A stretch of 19,478 nucleotides of DNA, from NCBI RefSeq assembly GCF_000008565.1, contig NC_001263.1, positions 626,297-645,774 on the forward strand, in the 5' to 3' direction. This DNA comes from Deinococcus radiodurans R1 = ATCC 13939 = DSM 20539. GTDB lineage: Bacteria; Deinococcota; Deinococci; Deinococcales; Deinococcaceae. Both the position numbers and the translations under genes were made by a program. The stretch's first letter is position 1. Every line of letters starts with the position of its first letter. This document shows, in pieces, positions 1 through 9,498 of the stretch. The notes beneath the pieces are model-generated. The model was not told the DNA's origin. It saw only the letters and a program-made list of their open reading frames with translations, and did no database searches.

Positions 1-246
1 CGTGGCGCTCAGGCTGCCGAGTTCGCCGTACACGCCGAGCGCGTAGGCGCTGGTGTTCATGGACGCCTTGGCCGCCACGCAGGAAAAGTCGGGGGCCAGG
101 ATTTTTTCGCGGAAGGCCGCGTTCAGTTCGGCGGCGCGGGCCGACACCGGGCCCCGGGTGGGCTGCAACTCGCCCGCCTGGGCCAGGTGGTACTCACCGG
201 GCAGGCCCGGCGGCGCAAACGGTTGGGAAAGAGTCGAAAGGGTCAT
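1..246 (-). CDS. N-terminal part of a CDS that runs off the left edge; hypothetical protein, possibly YqcI/YcgG family
   Basis: Absent from the ORF track because it has no stop in the window. Hand translation of the minus strand from the ATG (complement of 244-246) gives MTLSTLSQPFAPPGLPGEYHLAQAGELQPTRGPVSARAAELNAAFREKILAPDFSCVAAKASMNTSAYALGVYGELGSLSAT: 82 codons, no stop, GC-rich third positions. AAGGAG Shine-Dalgarno (complement of 256-261) lies 9 nt upstream. From memory, the D-F-x-C-V-x-A-K ... Y-x-x-L-G-S stretch resembles the conserved N-terminal block of YqcI/YcgG (PF08892) proteins. The family call is tentative. Confidence 0.6.
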   Translation of the reverse strand, partial: MTLSTLSQPFAPPGLPGEYHLAQAGELQPTRGPVSARAAELNAAFREKILAPDFSCVAAKASMNTSAYALGVYGELGSLSAT

Positions 247-275
247 TGAAAAGCTCTCCTTGTGAGGGCGGGGAA

Positions 276-297
276 GGCAAAACGTCAGTCTTTTGCC
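276..297. promoter_or_regulatory. Perfect 7-bp inverted repeat GGCAAAA-N8-TTTTGCC in the divergent LysR/target intergenic region; candidate operator
   Basis: GGCAAAA (276-282), spacer cgtcagtc, TTTTGCC (291-297). It lies 30-50 nt upstream of the minus-strand ATG at 246, in the 208-nt divergent region shared with the LysR gene. Confidence 0.3.
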
Positions 298-417
298 ACC
301 CTAGCCGCCCACTGCTTTCTGGCAATGTACGAATGGCCCCGGAAACTTCATGCGCTAACGAACCGTCAAGCTCAGATGAGCAGGGCGCCGCCGACTCGTG
401 ACAGCCCAGGCCGGCCC

Positions 418-446
418 GTGACAGTCGGCCACCGGCGGCGTAAGCT
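418..446 (+). promoter_or_regulatory. Putative sigma-70-type promoter of the LysR gene; leaderless or near-leaderless
   Basis: -35 GTGACA (418-423), 17-nt spacer, -10 TAAGCT (441-446), then 8 nt to the ATG at 455. No Shine-Dalgarno in between. Confidence 0.4.
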
Positions 447-454
447 GCGGCGCG

Positions 455-1408
455 ATGGAACTGCGACACCTGCGCCACTTCGTCGCTCTGGCCGAGGAAG
501 AACACTTCGGGCGGGCCGCCGAGCGCGTCTTTGTGGTGCAGCAGGCGCTGAGCAGCTCGATTCGCAACCTCGAAGAAGAAGTGGGCGTGCAGCTCGTGAC
601 CCGCACCACCCGGCGCGTGCAGCTCACCCCGGCGGGCGAGGAATTTCTGATCGGGGCGCGGGCCACCCTGGCGCAGGCGGCGCAGACGGTGGAGCGGGCG
701 CGCCGGGCCGCGCAGGGCGAGGTGGGGCGGCTGACCGTGGGCTTCGTCAGCGGGCTGGCGTTCGGGGGCCTCCCGGAAATCGTGCGGCGCTTTCGGGAGC
801 TGTACCCGGCGGTCAGTGTGGACCTGCGCGAACTGACGGCTGGCGAGCAGGAAGCGGCGCTGCGTGGCGGGCAGATCGACGTGGGGCTGCTGCTGCTGCC
901 GGTGCGTGACCCAGCCCTCGCGTCGCGGCCCCTGTGGCGCCTGCCGCTCGTGGCGGCCCTGCCCGCCGCGCACCCGCTGGCGTCGCGGACCACCCTGCGA
1001 ATCGGCGACCTCAGCCAGGAGGACTTCGTGTTTTTTCCGCGCTACCTGCGCGCCACCTATTTCGACCAGGTCATGCACTGGTGCGCCGACGCGGGCTTTA
1101 CGCCCCACGTGGTGCAGGAAGCCATCGAGATTCCCACCCTGCTCTCGCTGGTGGCGGCGGGGGTGGGAGTCTTCTTGCCTATCGAGTTTTTTGCGCGCCT
1201 GGCGCTGCCGGGGGTGGTCTACCGCCCGCTCGAAGGCGCCCCGGTGATCGAGATCGTGGCGGTGTGGCGGCGAGCGGCGGCAGGCGAACAGTCCACCCGG
1301 CCCACCGTGCAGGCCTTCTTGCAGGTGGCCGAGCGGGTGCTGAGCGGGGAGAACGGCGCGGGCGAGGCGACCCCGCTGCCCGTTCTGCCCACCGAGCCGC
1401 CCAGGTGA
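455..1408 (+). CDS. LysR-family transcriptional regulator
   Basis: 317-aa ORF. N-terminus [65 protein letters not shown] is the canonical LysR winged-HTH. The remainder has the length and pattern of a LysR substrate-binding domain. Divergent from the neighbouring gene, as is typical for LTTRs. Confidence 0.93.
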   Translation: MELRHLRHFVALAEEEHFGRAAERVFVVQQALSSSIRNLEEEVGVQLVTRTTRRVQLTPAGEEFLIGARATLAQAAQTVERARRAAQGEVGRLTVGFVSGLAFGGLPEIVRRFRELYPAVSVDLRELTAGEQEAALRGGQIDVGLLLLPVRDPALASRPLWRLPLVAALPAAHPLASRTTLRIGDLSQEDFVFFPRYLRATYFDQVMHWCADAGFTPHVVQEAIEIPTLLSLVAAGVGVFLPIEFFARLALPGVVYRPLEGAPVIEIVAVWRRAAAGEQSTRPTVQAFLQVAERVLSGENGAGEATPLPVLPTEPPR

Positions 1409-1458
1409 CGCGCCGCATATAAAGAGAACTTTTACTTTAGTGGCCTGACCGCGCTGAA

Positions 1459-1486
1459 TTGAGACATTTTCCCGCTTCGTTATGGT
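1459..1486 (+). promoter_or_regulatory. Putative promoter of the Roadblock/LC7 gene
   Basis: -35 TTGAGA (1459-1464), 16-nt spacer, -10 TATGGT (1481-1486), in a locally AT-richer stretch. Predicts a 5' UTR of about 100 nt ending in the AAAGGAG SD before the ATG at 1591. Confidence 0.35.
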
Positions 1487-1590
1487 CTTGTGAGAGCTGC
1501 GGGGGTTTCCTGCTTTGTCTCAAGCGGCGCCCTGTCCTTTCCGCTTCCGTTGCTGCCTCGGTCCCCTTCGCCCTTCAAAGGAGCTTTCCC

Positions 1591-1965
1591 ATGACCATGC
1601 TGAGTAAACCCGAACGCCTGAAGTCCATTCTCCAGAACCTGCGGATTTCGCTGCCCGAACTGCGCGGCGCGATGGTGGCGACCACCGATGGTCTGCCGAT
1701 TGCCCAAGCGTTCAGCGACAACACCGACGCCAACCGTGTGGCCGCAATGGCCGCAACGGCGCTCGGTCTGGGCAAGCGCATCAACGACACGCTGGGCACG
1801 GGAAGCCTGAACGAGATGTCGGTGAGCGGGGTGGACGGTCAGGTGTTCATTTACTCGGTGGGGGCAAAAGGAGTGCTGGCGGTGGTGGCCCCGGCAGGGA
1901 CGAACCTAGGGCTGCTGCACATGGAAGCCCGTGACGCCGCTCAAGCGGTCGCCAGCGTTCTCTGA
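1591..1965 (+). CDS. Roadblock/LC7 (MglB-like) domain protein
   Basis: MTMLSKPERLKSILQNLRISLPELRGAMVATTDGLPIAQAF...NRVAAMAATALGLGKRI...EMSVSGVDGQVFIYSVGAKGVLAVVA matches the Roadblock/LC7 pattern (gv.ga.l.s.DGl.ia, then a.aa...). I chose the ATG at 1591 (in frame with track ORF 1459..1965) because AAAGGAG sits 6-7 nt upstream. The upstream extension starts at a TTG and is Cys/Leu-rich junk. Confidence 0.85.
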   Translation: MTMLSKPERLKSILQNLRISLPELRGAMVATTDGLPIAQAFSDNTDANRVAAMAATALGLGKRINDTLGTGSLNEMSVSGVDGQVFIYSVGAKGVLAVVAPAGTNLGLLHMEARDAAQAVASVL

Positions 1966-1992
1966 GCTGCCAGTACACTCCATTCTTTTCAG

Positions 1993-2043
1993 CCTCCCCA
2001 GCAGTCGGCGCGTCGCCGGAGTTCCTGCCGGGGAGGTTCTTTT
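1993..2043 (+). terminator. Rho-independent terminator after the Roadblock gene
   Basis: CCTCCCC-a-GCAG (1993-2004) pairs with CTGC-c-GGGGAGG (2025-2036). An inner CGGCG/CGCCG stem is present, followed by TTCTTTT (2037-2043). Confidence 0.6.
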
Positions 2044-2093
2044 GCTGCCGGGGATTTGTCGTTTGGGAGGCGGTCGGTTTGCCCTGACGGCGC

Positions 2094-2099
2094 TATCCT
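2094..2099 (+). promoter_or_regulatory. -10 hexamer TATCCT, 7 nt upstream of the ATG at 2107 (leaderless-type)
   Basis: TATCCT (2094-2099), spacer cggggtc, ATG at 2107. No SD. Supports 2107 rather than the TTG at 2056 as the start. Confidence 0.4.
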
Positions 2100-2106
2100 C
2101 GGGGTC

Positions 2107-5046
<2,940 letters not shown>

Positions 5047-5096
5047 GGATGGTTGATAGTTGATGGTTCCGGCCTGTCGGCCTGATGGATGATGGA
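5047..5096. repeat. Degenerate tandem TGATGGN/TGATAGT heptamers flanking a tandem CGGCCTG 8-mer
   Basis: GGATGGT TGATAGT TGATGGT (5047-5067); cCGGCCTG tCGGCCTG (5069-5084); TGATGGA TGATGGA (5083-5096). Together with the gene's own TGA (5044), this gives stop codons in all three forward frames within about 20 nt. Confidence 0.5.
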
Positions 5097-5140
5097 AGAA
5101 AGACCGCTGAGGCGAAGGCTTCGGCGGTTCTTCTTTCTAT
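5095..5140 (+). terminator. Possible imperfect rho-independent terminator after the M16 protease gene
   Basis: GAAGAAAGACCGC (5095-5107) pairs with GCGGTTcTTCTTT (5124-5136), with one bulge. An inner CGAA/TTCG stem is present and the 3' side is T-rich (ttctttct). The stem is imperfect and the U-tract partly lies inside it. Confidence 0.4.
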
Positions 5141-5286
5141 GACGTAATACGGCTTTCATCCGATTCCCGAACATCTGGAAAGGCGCCGGATGCTCGTCCA
5201 TCTCGTTAAAAACGTATTTTTTCCATGCGCTCCGCGCAAAATTGTGCCCGGACATGTACGGGACTCAATTTGAAACCTTGTGACCT

Positions 5287-6054
5287 ATGCTGGCGCCCAT
5301 GCTCCGCCCCCCTTTGCTGCCCCTGCTGGCCCTCTCGCTCAGCGGTTGCCAACTGCTGCCCGCTGCGGCCCAGTCTCCCGTGCGGATAGGGCAAGTGTGT
5401 GGCGACATCGTGGAATTTTCGCCGCTCGGGAACCTCGGCCACTGCGACCTCGTGGAAGCGCGGGTAACGCTGGCCCGCTCTGCCAATCCCAAGACGGTGA
5501 GCGGGGGGCTTTTTAACCTGAAGACCGGGGCGGGCATCGCCCTGCACCTCGGTCATGCCGACGGGCAAAGGGGAGAGGTGTCGCTCTCGCCCGTGCGGGG
5601 GCAAGACTGGCAAAAGATATTCGCCTACGACACCGACTACGAACTGCGCGTGACGGCGCTGGACGGGCAGGGGCGCAAGTTGGAGCGGCGGGTCAGGCTC
5701 CATACCGAAAAGGCCCCGTACGAGCTGGCGTGGGTGAAAACGGCACTGCCGAAACCGGGCGACAGGGTCGTGACGGCGACCATCACCAACCGCACCCCGG
5801 AAGCCATTCAGGCGGGGGCCGTGCGGCTGGATGTGGTGTGTGACCAGTTGCACGGGACGGAGCGGCGGACGGTCTATTTCGGCTCCGATACGCAAAGTTT
5901 CGCCGCCAATGAAACGCGTCAGGTGCGTCTGCCCCTGCTCACGCAGCGCGACTTTCAGCCTCAGCCCTGGGCCGACGTTCCCTTTACCGAGTGCCGCAAC
6001 GAATATGTGGAGGGGTTGCGGGGCCGCCGGGTCATCCCCTCGCGGACGCTGTAA
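5287..6054 (+). CDS. Lipoprotein of unknown function
   Basis: The N-terminus M(LAPM)LRPPLLPLLALSLSGCQ has a basic n-region, a hydrophobic core and the lipobox L-S-G-C. The mature part is beta-rich with 4 further Cys. Alternative start: the ATG at 5299, which lies 7 nt downstream of TATGCT (5286-5291) and would make the mRNA leaderless. Confidence 0.75.
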   Translation: MLAPMLRPPLLPLLALSLSGCQLLPAAAQSPVRIGQVCGDIVEFSPLGNLGHCDLVEARVTLARSANPKTVSGGLFNLKTGAGIALHLGHADGQRGEVSLSPVRGQDWQKIFAYDTDYELRVTALDGQGRKLERRVRLHTEKAPYELAWVKTALPKPGDRVVTATITNRTPEAIQAGAVRLDVVCDQLHGTERRTVYFGSDTQSFAANETRQVRLPLLTQRDFQPQPWADVPFTECRNEYVEGLRGRRVIPSRTL

Positions 6055-6060
6055 GCGCGT

Positions 6061-6501
6061 TTAGCCCCGGTGGTAGGGCTCGCCTGCCGAGATGGTGGCG
6101 GCGCGGTACAGGGCCTCCACCAGCACCAGCATGGCGAGGTCGTGCGGCAAGGTCAGCTCGCCGAGGCTCCATAGCAACTTAGCCTGCCCCCGCAGCGCGT
6201 CGGTGTGGCCGTCCGGCCCGCCGATGGCGAAGGCGAGTTCGCCGTGCCCGCCGAGCGCTTCGGCGTCCAGATATTCACTGAGTTTTTCACTGCTGAACTG
6301 CTTGCCGCGCGGGTCAAGCAAAATCAGCGGGCTTTTGCCGGCGGCCTTCAGAATCGCCTCGCTCTCGGCCTGCTGCGTCTTGCCGCTGACCCGGCTGACC
6401 TGCACCTTGTGGTAGCGCCGCAGCCGCTTTTCGTACTCGTCCCAGCCGCTGCGGGCGTAGGCGAGCTTGGGTTCTCCGACAGTAATCAGGTGCAGGCGCA
6501 T
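6061..6501 (-). CDS. rlmH: 23S rRNA (pseudouridine1915-N3)-methyltransferase RlmH (SPOUT family)
   Basis: MRLHLITVGEPKLAYARSGWDEYEKRLRRYHKVQVSRV...LILLDPRGKQFSSEKLSEYL...LAFAIGGPDGH...LSLGELTLPHDLAMLVLVEALYRAATISAGEPYHR is the full-length RlmH pattern (146 aa). The track ORF 6061..6933 is an artefactual upstream extension that overlaps the previous gene. Confidence 0.93.
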   Translation of the reverse strand: MRLHLITVGEPKLAYARSGWDEYEKRLRRYHKVQVSRVSGKTQQAESEAILKAAGKSPLILLDPRGKQFSSEKLSEYLDAEALGGHGELAFAIGGPDGHTDALRGQAKLLWSLGELTLPHDLAMLVLVEALYRAATISAGEPYHRG

Positions 6502-6507
6502 GGGGGC

Positions 6508-6513
6508 AGGGTA
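6508..6513 (-). promoter_or_regulatory. -10 hexamer TACCCT, 6 nt upstream of the rlmH ATG (leaderless-type)
   Basis: The minus strand reads TACCCT-gccccc-ATG inside the 23-nt gap between the upstream stop (6525) and the rlmH start (6501). No SD. Confidence 0.4.
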
Positions 6514-6524
6514 GAGGGTGAAGG

Positions 6525-9488
6525 TCAGTTTCGTTCCACCCGCCGGACCTGCTTGACCAGAGACCGAAGCTGCCGCAGGTGCTCGGGCGACGGCTGCGGG
6601 CCGTAACGCAGCGCGTTGAAGGTCCGGGCGATGTCGCGCAGCAGCGGGGCCTGCGCGGGGGAGAGCCCGGCGGCGCGTTCGGCGTAGGCGGTGGGTGTCT
6701 CGCCGGGGCCGCGCGGCAGCCGCAGCCGGGCGCCCAGGTCGTGCAGGGCGAGCAGCGCCGGGTCGCTGGGCCGCGCCCGCCGCCGCACGAACGCGAGCGC
6801 GGGCAGCAGCGTGAGCGCCGCTACGCCGAACAGAGCCAGCAGGTAGACCGGCGAACCGGGGCCGGAGATGCCCAGCCGCGTCAGCAGGGACCGCTGCTGC
6901 TCGCCGTCGTAGCTCACCACCCAGGTGTTCCACTGATTTTGCAGGGCGTCGAGCCGCAGTGTGGCGCGTTCGAGGGCGGTCCGCTCACGCGGCGCGGTGG
7001 CGCGGGGCTGCGTCAGGGCGGTGCCCAGGTCGGCCTGCACCCGCGCCGGGGCGACGGCGGCGGTGGGGTCCACCCGTACCCAGCCCTGACCTGCCAGCCA
7101 CACCTCGGCCCAGGCGTGGGCGTTTTGCTGCCGCACGATGAGGTAGCCGCCGTCGGGGTTGACCTCGCCGCCCTGATAGCCGCCGACAATCCGGGCCGGG
7201 ACGCCCGCCGCCCGCATCAGGAAGGCGAAGGCGCTCGAATAATGCTCGCAAAAGCCGCGTTTGCTGCCGAACAGGAAGGCGTCGATGCGGTTATCAGCGG
7301 GCAGCTTGGGCGGGTTGAGGGTATACGCGAAGTCCCCCTTGCGGAACACGTCCAGCCCGGCCTGCACCCGCTGCTCGGGCGCCAGCGTGCGCCACGACGC
7401 GGCGAGGGCGCGCGCCTGTGGGTTGGCGGCGTCCGGCGTGTCCGGCAGCGTCAGGTCTAGGTTGAGCCGGTCCTGGCTTTCTATTCTTCCCAGCAGCGCC
7501 GGCTGGCTGTGCCACTCGTAGCGCGTTCGCAGCGAGGCTGGGCGCAGGGTGGCGGCCTGAAAGGCGCTGGTCAGCAGGGCACTCTGGGGCAGCGTGGTGG
7601 GCACGTCGAGCGCCAGCAGCCACGGTTTGCCGTTCGGTTCTAGGGTGATGGAATAGTGCCAGACCGGCGCCCCCGGACGCGGCTCGGCGGACGGCGCGGC
7701 GAAGCGGCCCCGGACCTGCTGCCAGCCCTGACCGGTGAAGTGTTCGTAGACCGGCCCGCGCCAGTAACGCTCGTCGGGTGGGGGCAGCGGCCCGTCGAAG
7801 TCGGCGCGGAAGGCCACCGCGTCGCTCTGCGCGAGGTTGCTGTATTCCCCGGGGCTGATCTGGTCGGCCAGCCCGGTTTTGGCCCCCTGATTGATCGGCA
7901 ACTGCCACAGCGGGCCATCAGGGCGCGGGAAAAAGATGAACAGCAGCGCCGCCAGCGGCAACGAGAGCAGCAGCAGCCGGGCACTCAATCCCAGCAGCGG
8001 GCGCGGCAGGACCGGGCCGGGCGCGGCTTCCGCTGCCGGGTCGCCGGCCCAGCGCGCCGCCGCCGCGAGGAGCAGCACACTGGCGAGGAGGCTATGCAGC
8101 GCGGTCAGCGGTCCCTGGTCGTGAAAAAAGTGGGTGCTGGTCACGAACAGGCCCAGCAGGGTGAGCAGCCGGGCGTCGCGCACCGTGCGCGTTTCGGCGG
8201 CTTTGAGCGCGAGCAGCGCGGCCAGCAGCGCCGTGCCCCCGTCCTGGCCGAGCAGCGTGCCGTAGGTGGCGTTGAGCCCGAGGGCCGCCACGACCACCAA
8301 CGCCAGCAGCAGCACGGGGGGCAAAGGCCGCAGCTTGCGCCCCGGCTCGGCTTGCAGGCCCCGGTAGGTCAGCAGCCACAGCACCAGCGCACTCGTCCAC
8401 AGCGGCCAGCGCAGCAGCCCCGGCAGCAGCGCCACGCCGAGCGCGAGCAGCGAGAATTGCAGCGGCGCGGCGGGCAGCGGCGTGGGGTGCGGTTCGCTGG
8501 TTTTGGGTCCGCCCAGCCACGCGGGCAGCGTCAGGAACTCGCTGGATGCCGGCTGCTCGGGCACCTCCGGAAAGGGAGGATGCAGGGCCAGCGCCCGCAG
8601 TGCCCGGACCGCGTGCGCGTCCCCACTGCCAACGGGCAAGGCTTGTCCCGGCAGCGTCAGCCGGAAGGGCACACCCGCCGCCCGCGCCGCCGTCACCCAG
8701 GCGGCCAGCCGCGAGAGCCGCGCTTCAACTTTGCCTTGAGTCGCCGTCCAGTTCAGGTCCCAGGCCTGCCCCAGCGGCGCGTCGAATTCGCGGGTCACGA
8801 GTTGACCGCTGCGCGCCGCGTGTCGCCAGGAAATCAGCCGGGGCGCGTCGCCCGCCACGTAGGGCCGCAACCCGGCGAAATCCTCCTGCCCAGCGGTGCG
8901 CCGCCCGTTCTCGCCGGGGCCGCTGGCCGCCAGCGTGGGAGGCGCGGGGGCGTCGGCTTCCGGCGCGGGGGTGACAGCGACTTCGGCCTCGACTTGCACG
9001 GGCACGGCGGCCTGCCACAGCCCGAAAGCGTCGTGTGCGACGAGCCTCACGTCACTCAGCCGCAGGGGGCCGCGCACCGGGTCCGGCACCTTCAGCGCGG
9101 CGGTCTGCGTGTCGCCGGCCCCGAGGGAAAGAGAGGCGGTCAGCGGCACCCGGCGCCCGTTCTGCTCGGCCCAGGCCCGCAGCGTGACTGGACTCGCCGC
9201 GCCCGCTTGCCGCACCTGCGCGGAAAACGCCATCTCGTGCCCGGCCACCGCCTCCACGGGCGCCTGCACGCTCAGGCTGAGGGTGCGCGCTGCCCGCCGC
9301 GCCTGCGCCGCCGTGACGATCCACACGCCGCTCAGCAGGAAGGTCAGGCCGTAGCCCAGGCTCAGCGCGTAGTTGATGCAGCCGATGAGGGTGAGCAGCA
9401 CCAGCCCCAGAAACGCCCAGCCGAAGCGGGTCGGCCACAGCGGGAGCTTTGAGGACGTGAGATTTAGAGACATGAGCTTTAAGGACAC
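6525..9488 (-). CDS. Fusion protein: N-terminal DUF58 module + polytopic TgpA-like transglutaminase (DUF3488 / transglutaminase core / DUF4129-like tail), 987 aa
   Basis: aa 24-60: two TM helices. aa 203-233: DFAGLRPYVAGDAPRLISWRHAARSGQLVTREF, the DUF58 signature. aa ~343-520: multiple TM helices. aa 745-807: GFCEHYSSAFAFLMRAAGVPARIVGGY...HAWAEVW...GWVRVDPT, the Cys-His-Asp transglutaminase core (Cys747 codon = complement of 7248-7250). aa 880-900: TM helix followed by a basic tail. GTG start at 9488, with GAGG 8 nt upstream. Alternative ATG at 9473. Confidence 0.88.
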   Translation of the reverse strand: MSLKLMSLNLTSSKLPLWPTRFGWAFLGLVLLTLIGCINYALSLGYGLTFLLSGVWIVTAAQARRAARTLSLSVQAPVEAVAGHEMAFSAQVRQAGAASPVTLRAWAEQNGRRVPLTASLSLGAGDTQTAALKVPDPVRGPLRLSDVRLVAHDAFGLWQAAVPVQVEAEVAVTPAPEADAPAPPTLAASGPGENGRRTAGQEDFAGLRPYVAGDAPRLISWRHAARSGQLVTREFDAPLGQAWDLNWTATQGKVEARLSRLAAWVTAARAAGVPFRLTLPGQALPVGSGDAHAVRALRALALHPPFPEVPEQPASSEFLTLPAWLGGPKTSEPHPTPLPAAPLQFSLLALGVALLPGLLRWPLWTSALVLWLLTYRGLQAEPGRKLRPLPPVLLLALVVVAALGLNATYGTLLGQDGGTALLAALLALKAAETRTVRDARLLTLLGLFVTSTHFFHDQGPLTALHSLLASVLLLAAAARWAGDPAAEAAPGPVLPRPLLGLSARLLLLSLPLAALLFIFFPRPDGPLWQLPINQGAKTGLADQISPGEYSNLAQSDAVAFRADFDGPLPPPDERYWRGPVYEHFTGQGWQQVRGRFAAPSAEPRPGAPVWHYSITLEPNGKPWLLALDVPTTLPQSALLTSAFQAATLRPASLRTRYEWHSQPALLGRIESQDRLNLDLTLPDTPDAANPQARALAASWRTLAPEQRVQAGLDVFRKGDFAYTLNPPKLPADNRIDAFLFGSKRGFCEHYSSAFAFLMRAAGVPARIVGGYQGGEVNPDGGYLIVRQQNAHAWAEVWLAGQGWVRVDPTAAVAPARVQADLGTALTQPRATAPRERTALERATLRLDALQNQWNTWVVSYDGEQQRSLLTRLGISGPGSPVYLLALFGVAALTLLPALAFVRRRARPSDPALLALHDLGARLRLPRGPGETPTAYAERAAGLSPAQAPLLRDIARTFNALRYGPQPSPEHLRQLRSLVKQVRRVERN

Positions 9489-9498
9489 AGCGCTCGCC

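Noticed and set aside
194-1108. 304-aa minus-strand ORF and the overlapping plus-strand ORFs 262-909, 864-1247 and 934-1422
   Set aside because: They overlap the LysR gene in other frames and have Arg/Pro/Gly-rich junk composition. The real minus-strand gene at the left edge is in a different frame and starts at 246.
1524-1576. 53-nt adenine-free C/T-rich tract, considered as a stand-alone element
   Set aside because: By my rough estimate (about 0.84^53 per start site, over 19.5 kb, both strands and two bases), such a run is only marginally unexpected at this composition. I kept it as a detail of the Roadblock 5' UTR finding rather than as a feature.
2056-2106. Longer N-terminal extensions offered by the ORF track: 2056 for the protease, 1459 for Roadblock, 12441 for the FMN reductase, 13894 for murG and 6933 for rlmH
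   Set aside because: The extensions start at non-ATG codons or overlap upstream genes or terminators. They add non-homologous Arg/Pro/Cys-rich residues. The internal ATGs are preceded by an SD or a TANNNT element and begin exactly at the conserved N-termini.
5190-5273. 27-codon plus-strand mini-ORF (MLVHLVKNVFFPCAPRKIVPGHVRDSI) with a weak GGAAAGG upstream
   Set aside because: It is too short and too weakly signalled to call without conservation or ribosome-profiling data. It is noted only as something to check if the spacer proves to be transcribed.
7656-9452. 598-aa plus-strand ORF (and the nested ORFs at 6579-7460, 7294-7908, 8092-8520 and others) opposite the DUF58::transglutaminase gene
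   Set aside because: Arg/Gln/Gly/Pro low-complexity translations with no domains. They overlap a well-supported minus-strand CDS, so they are GC-driven shadow ORFs.
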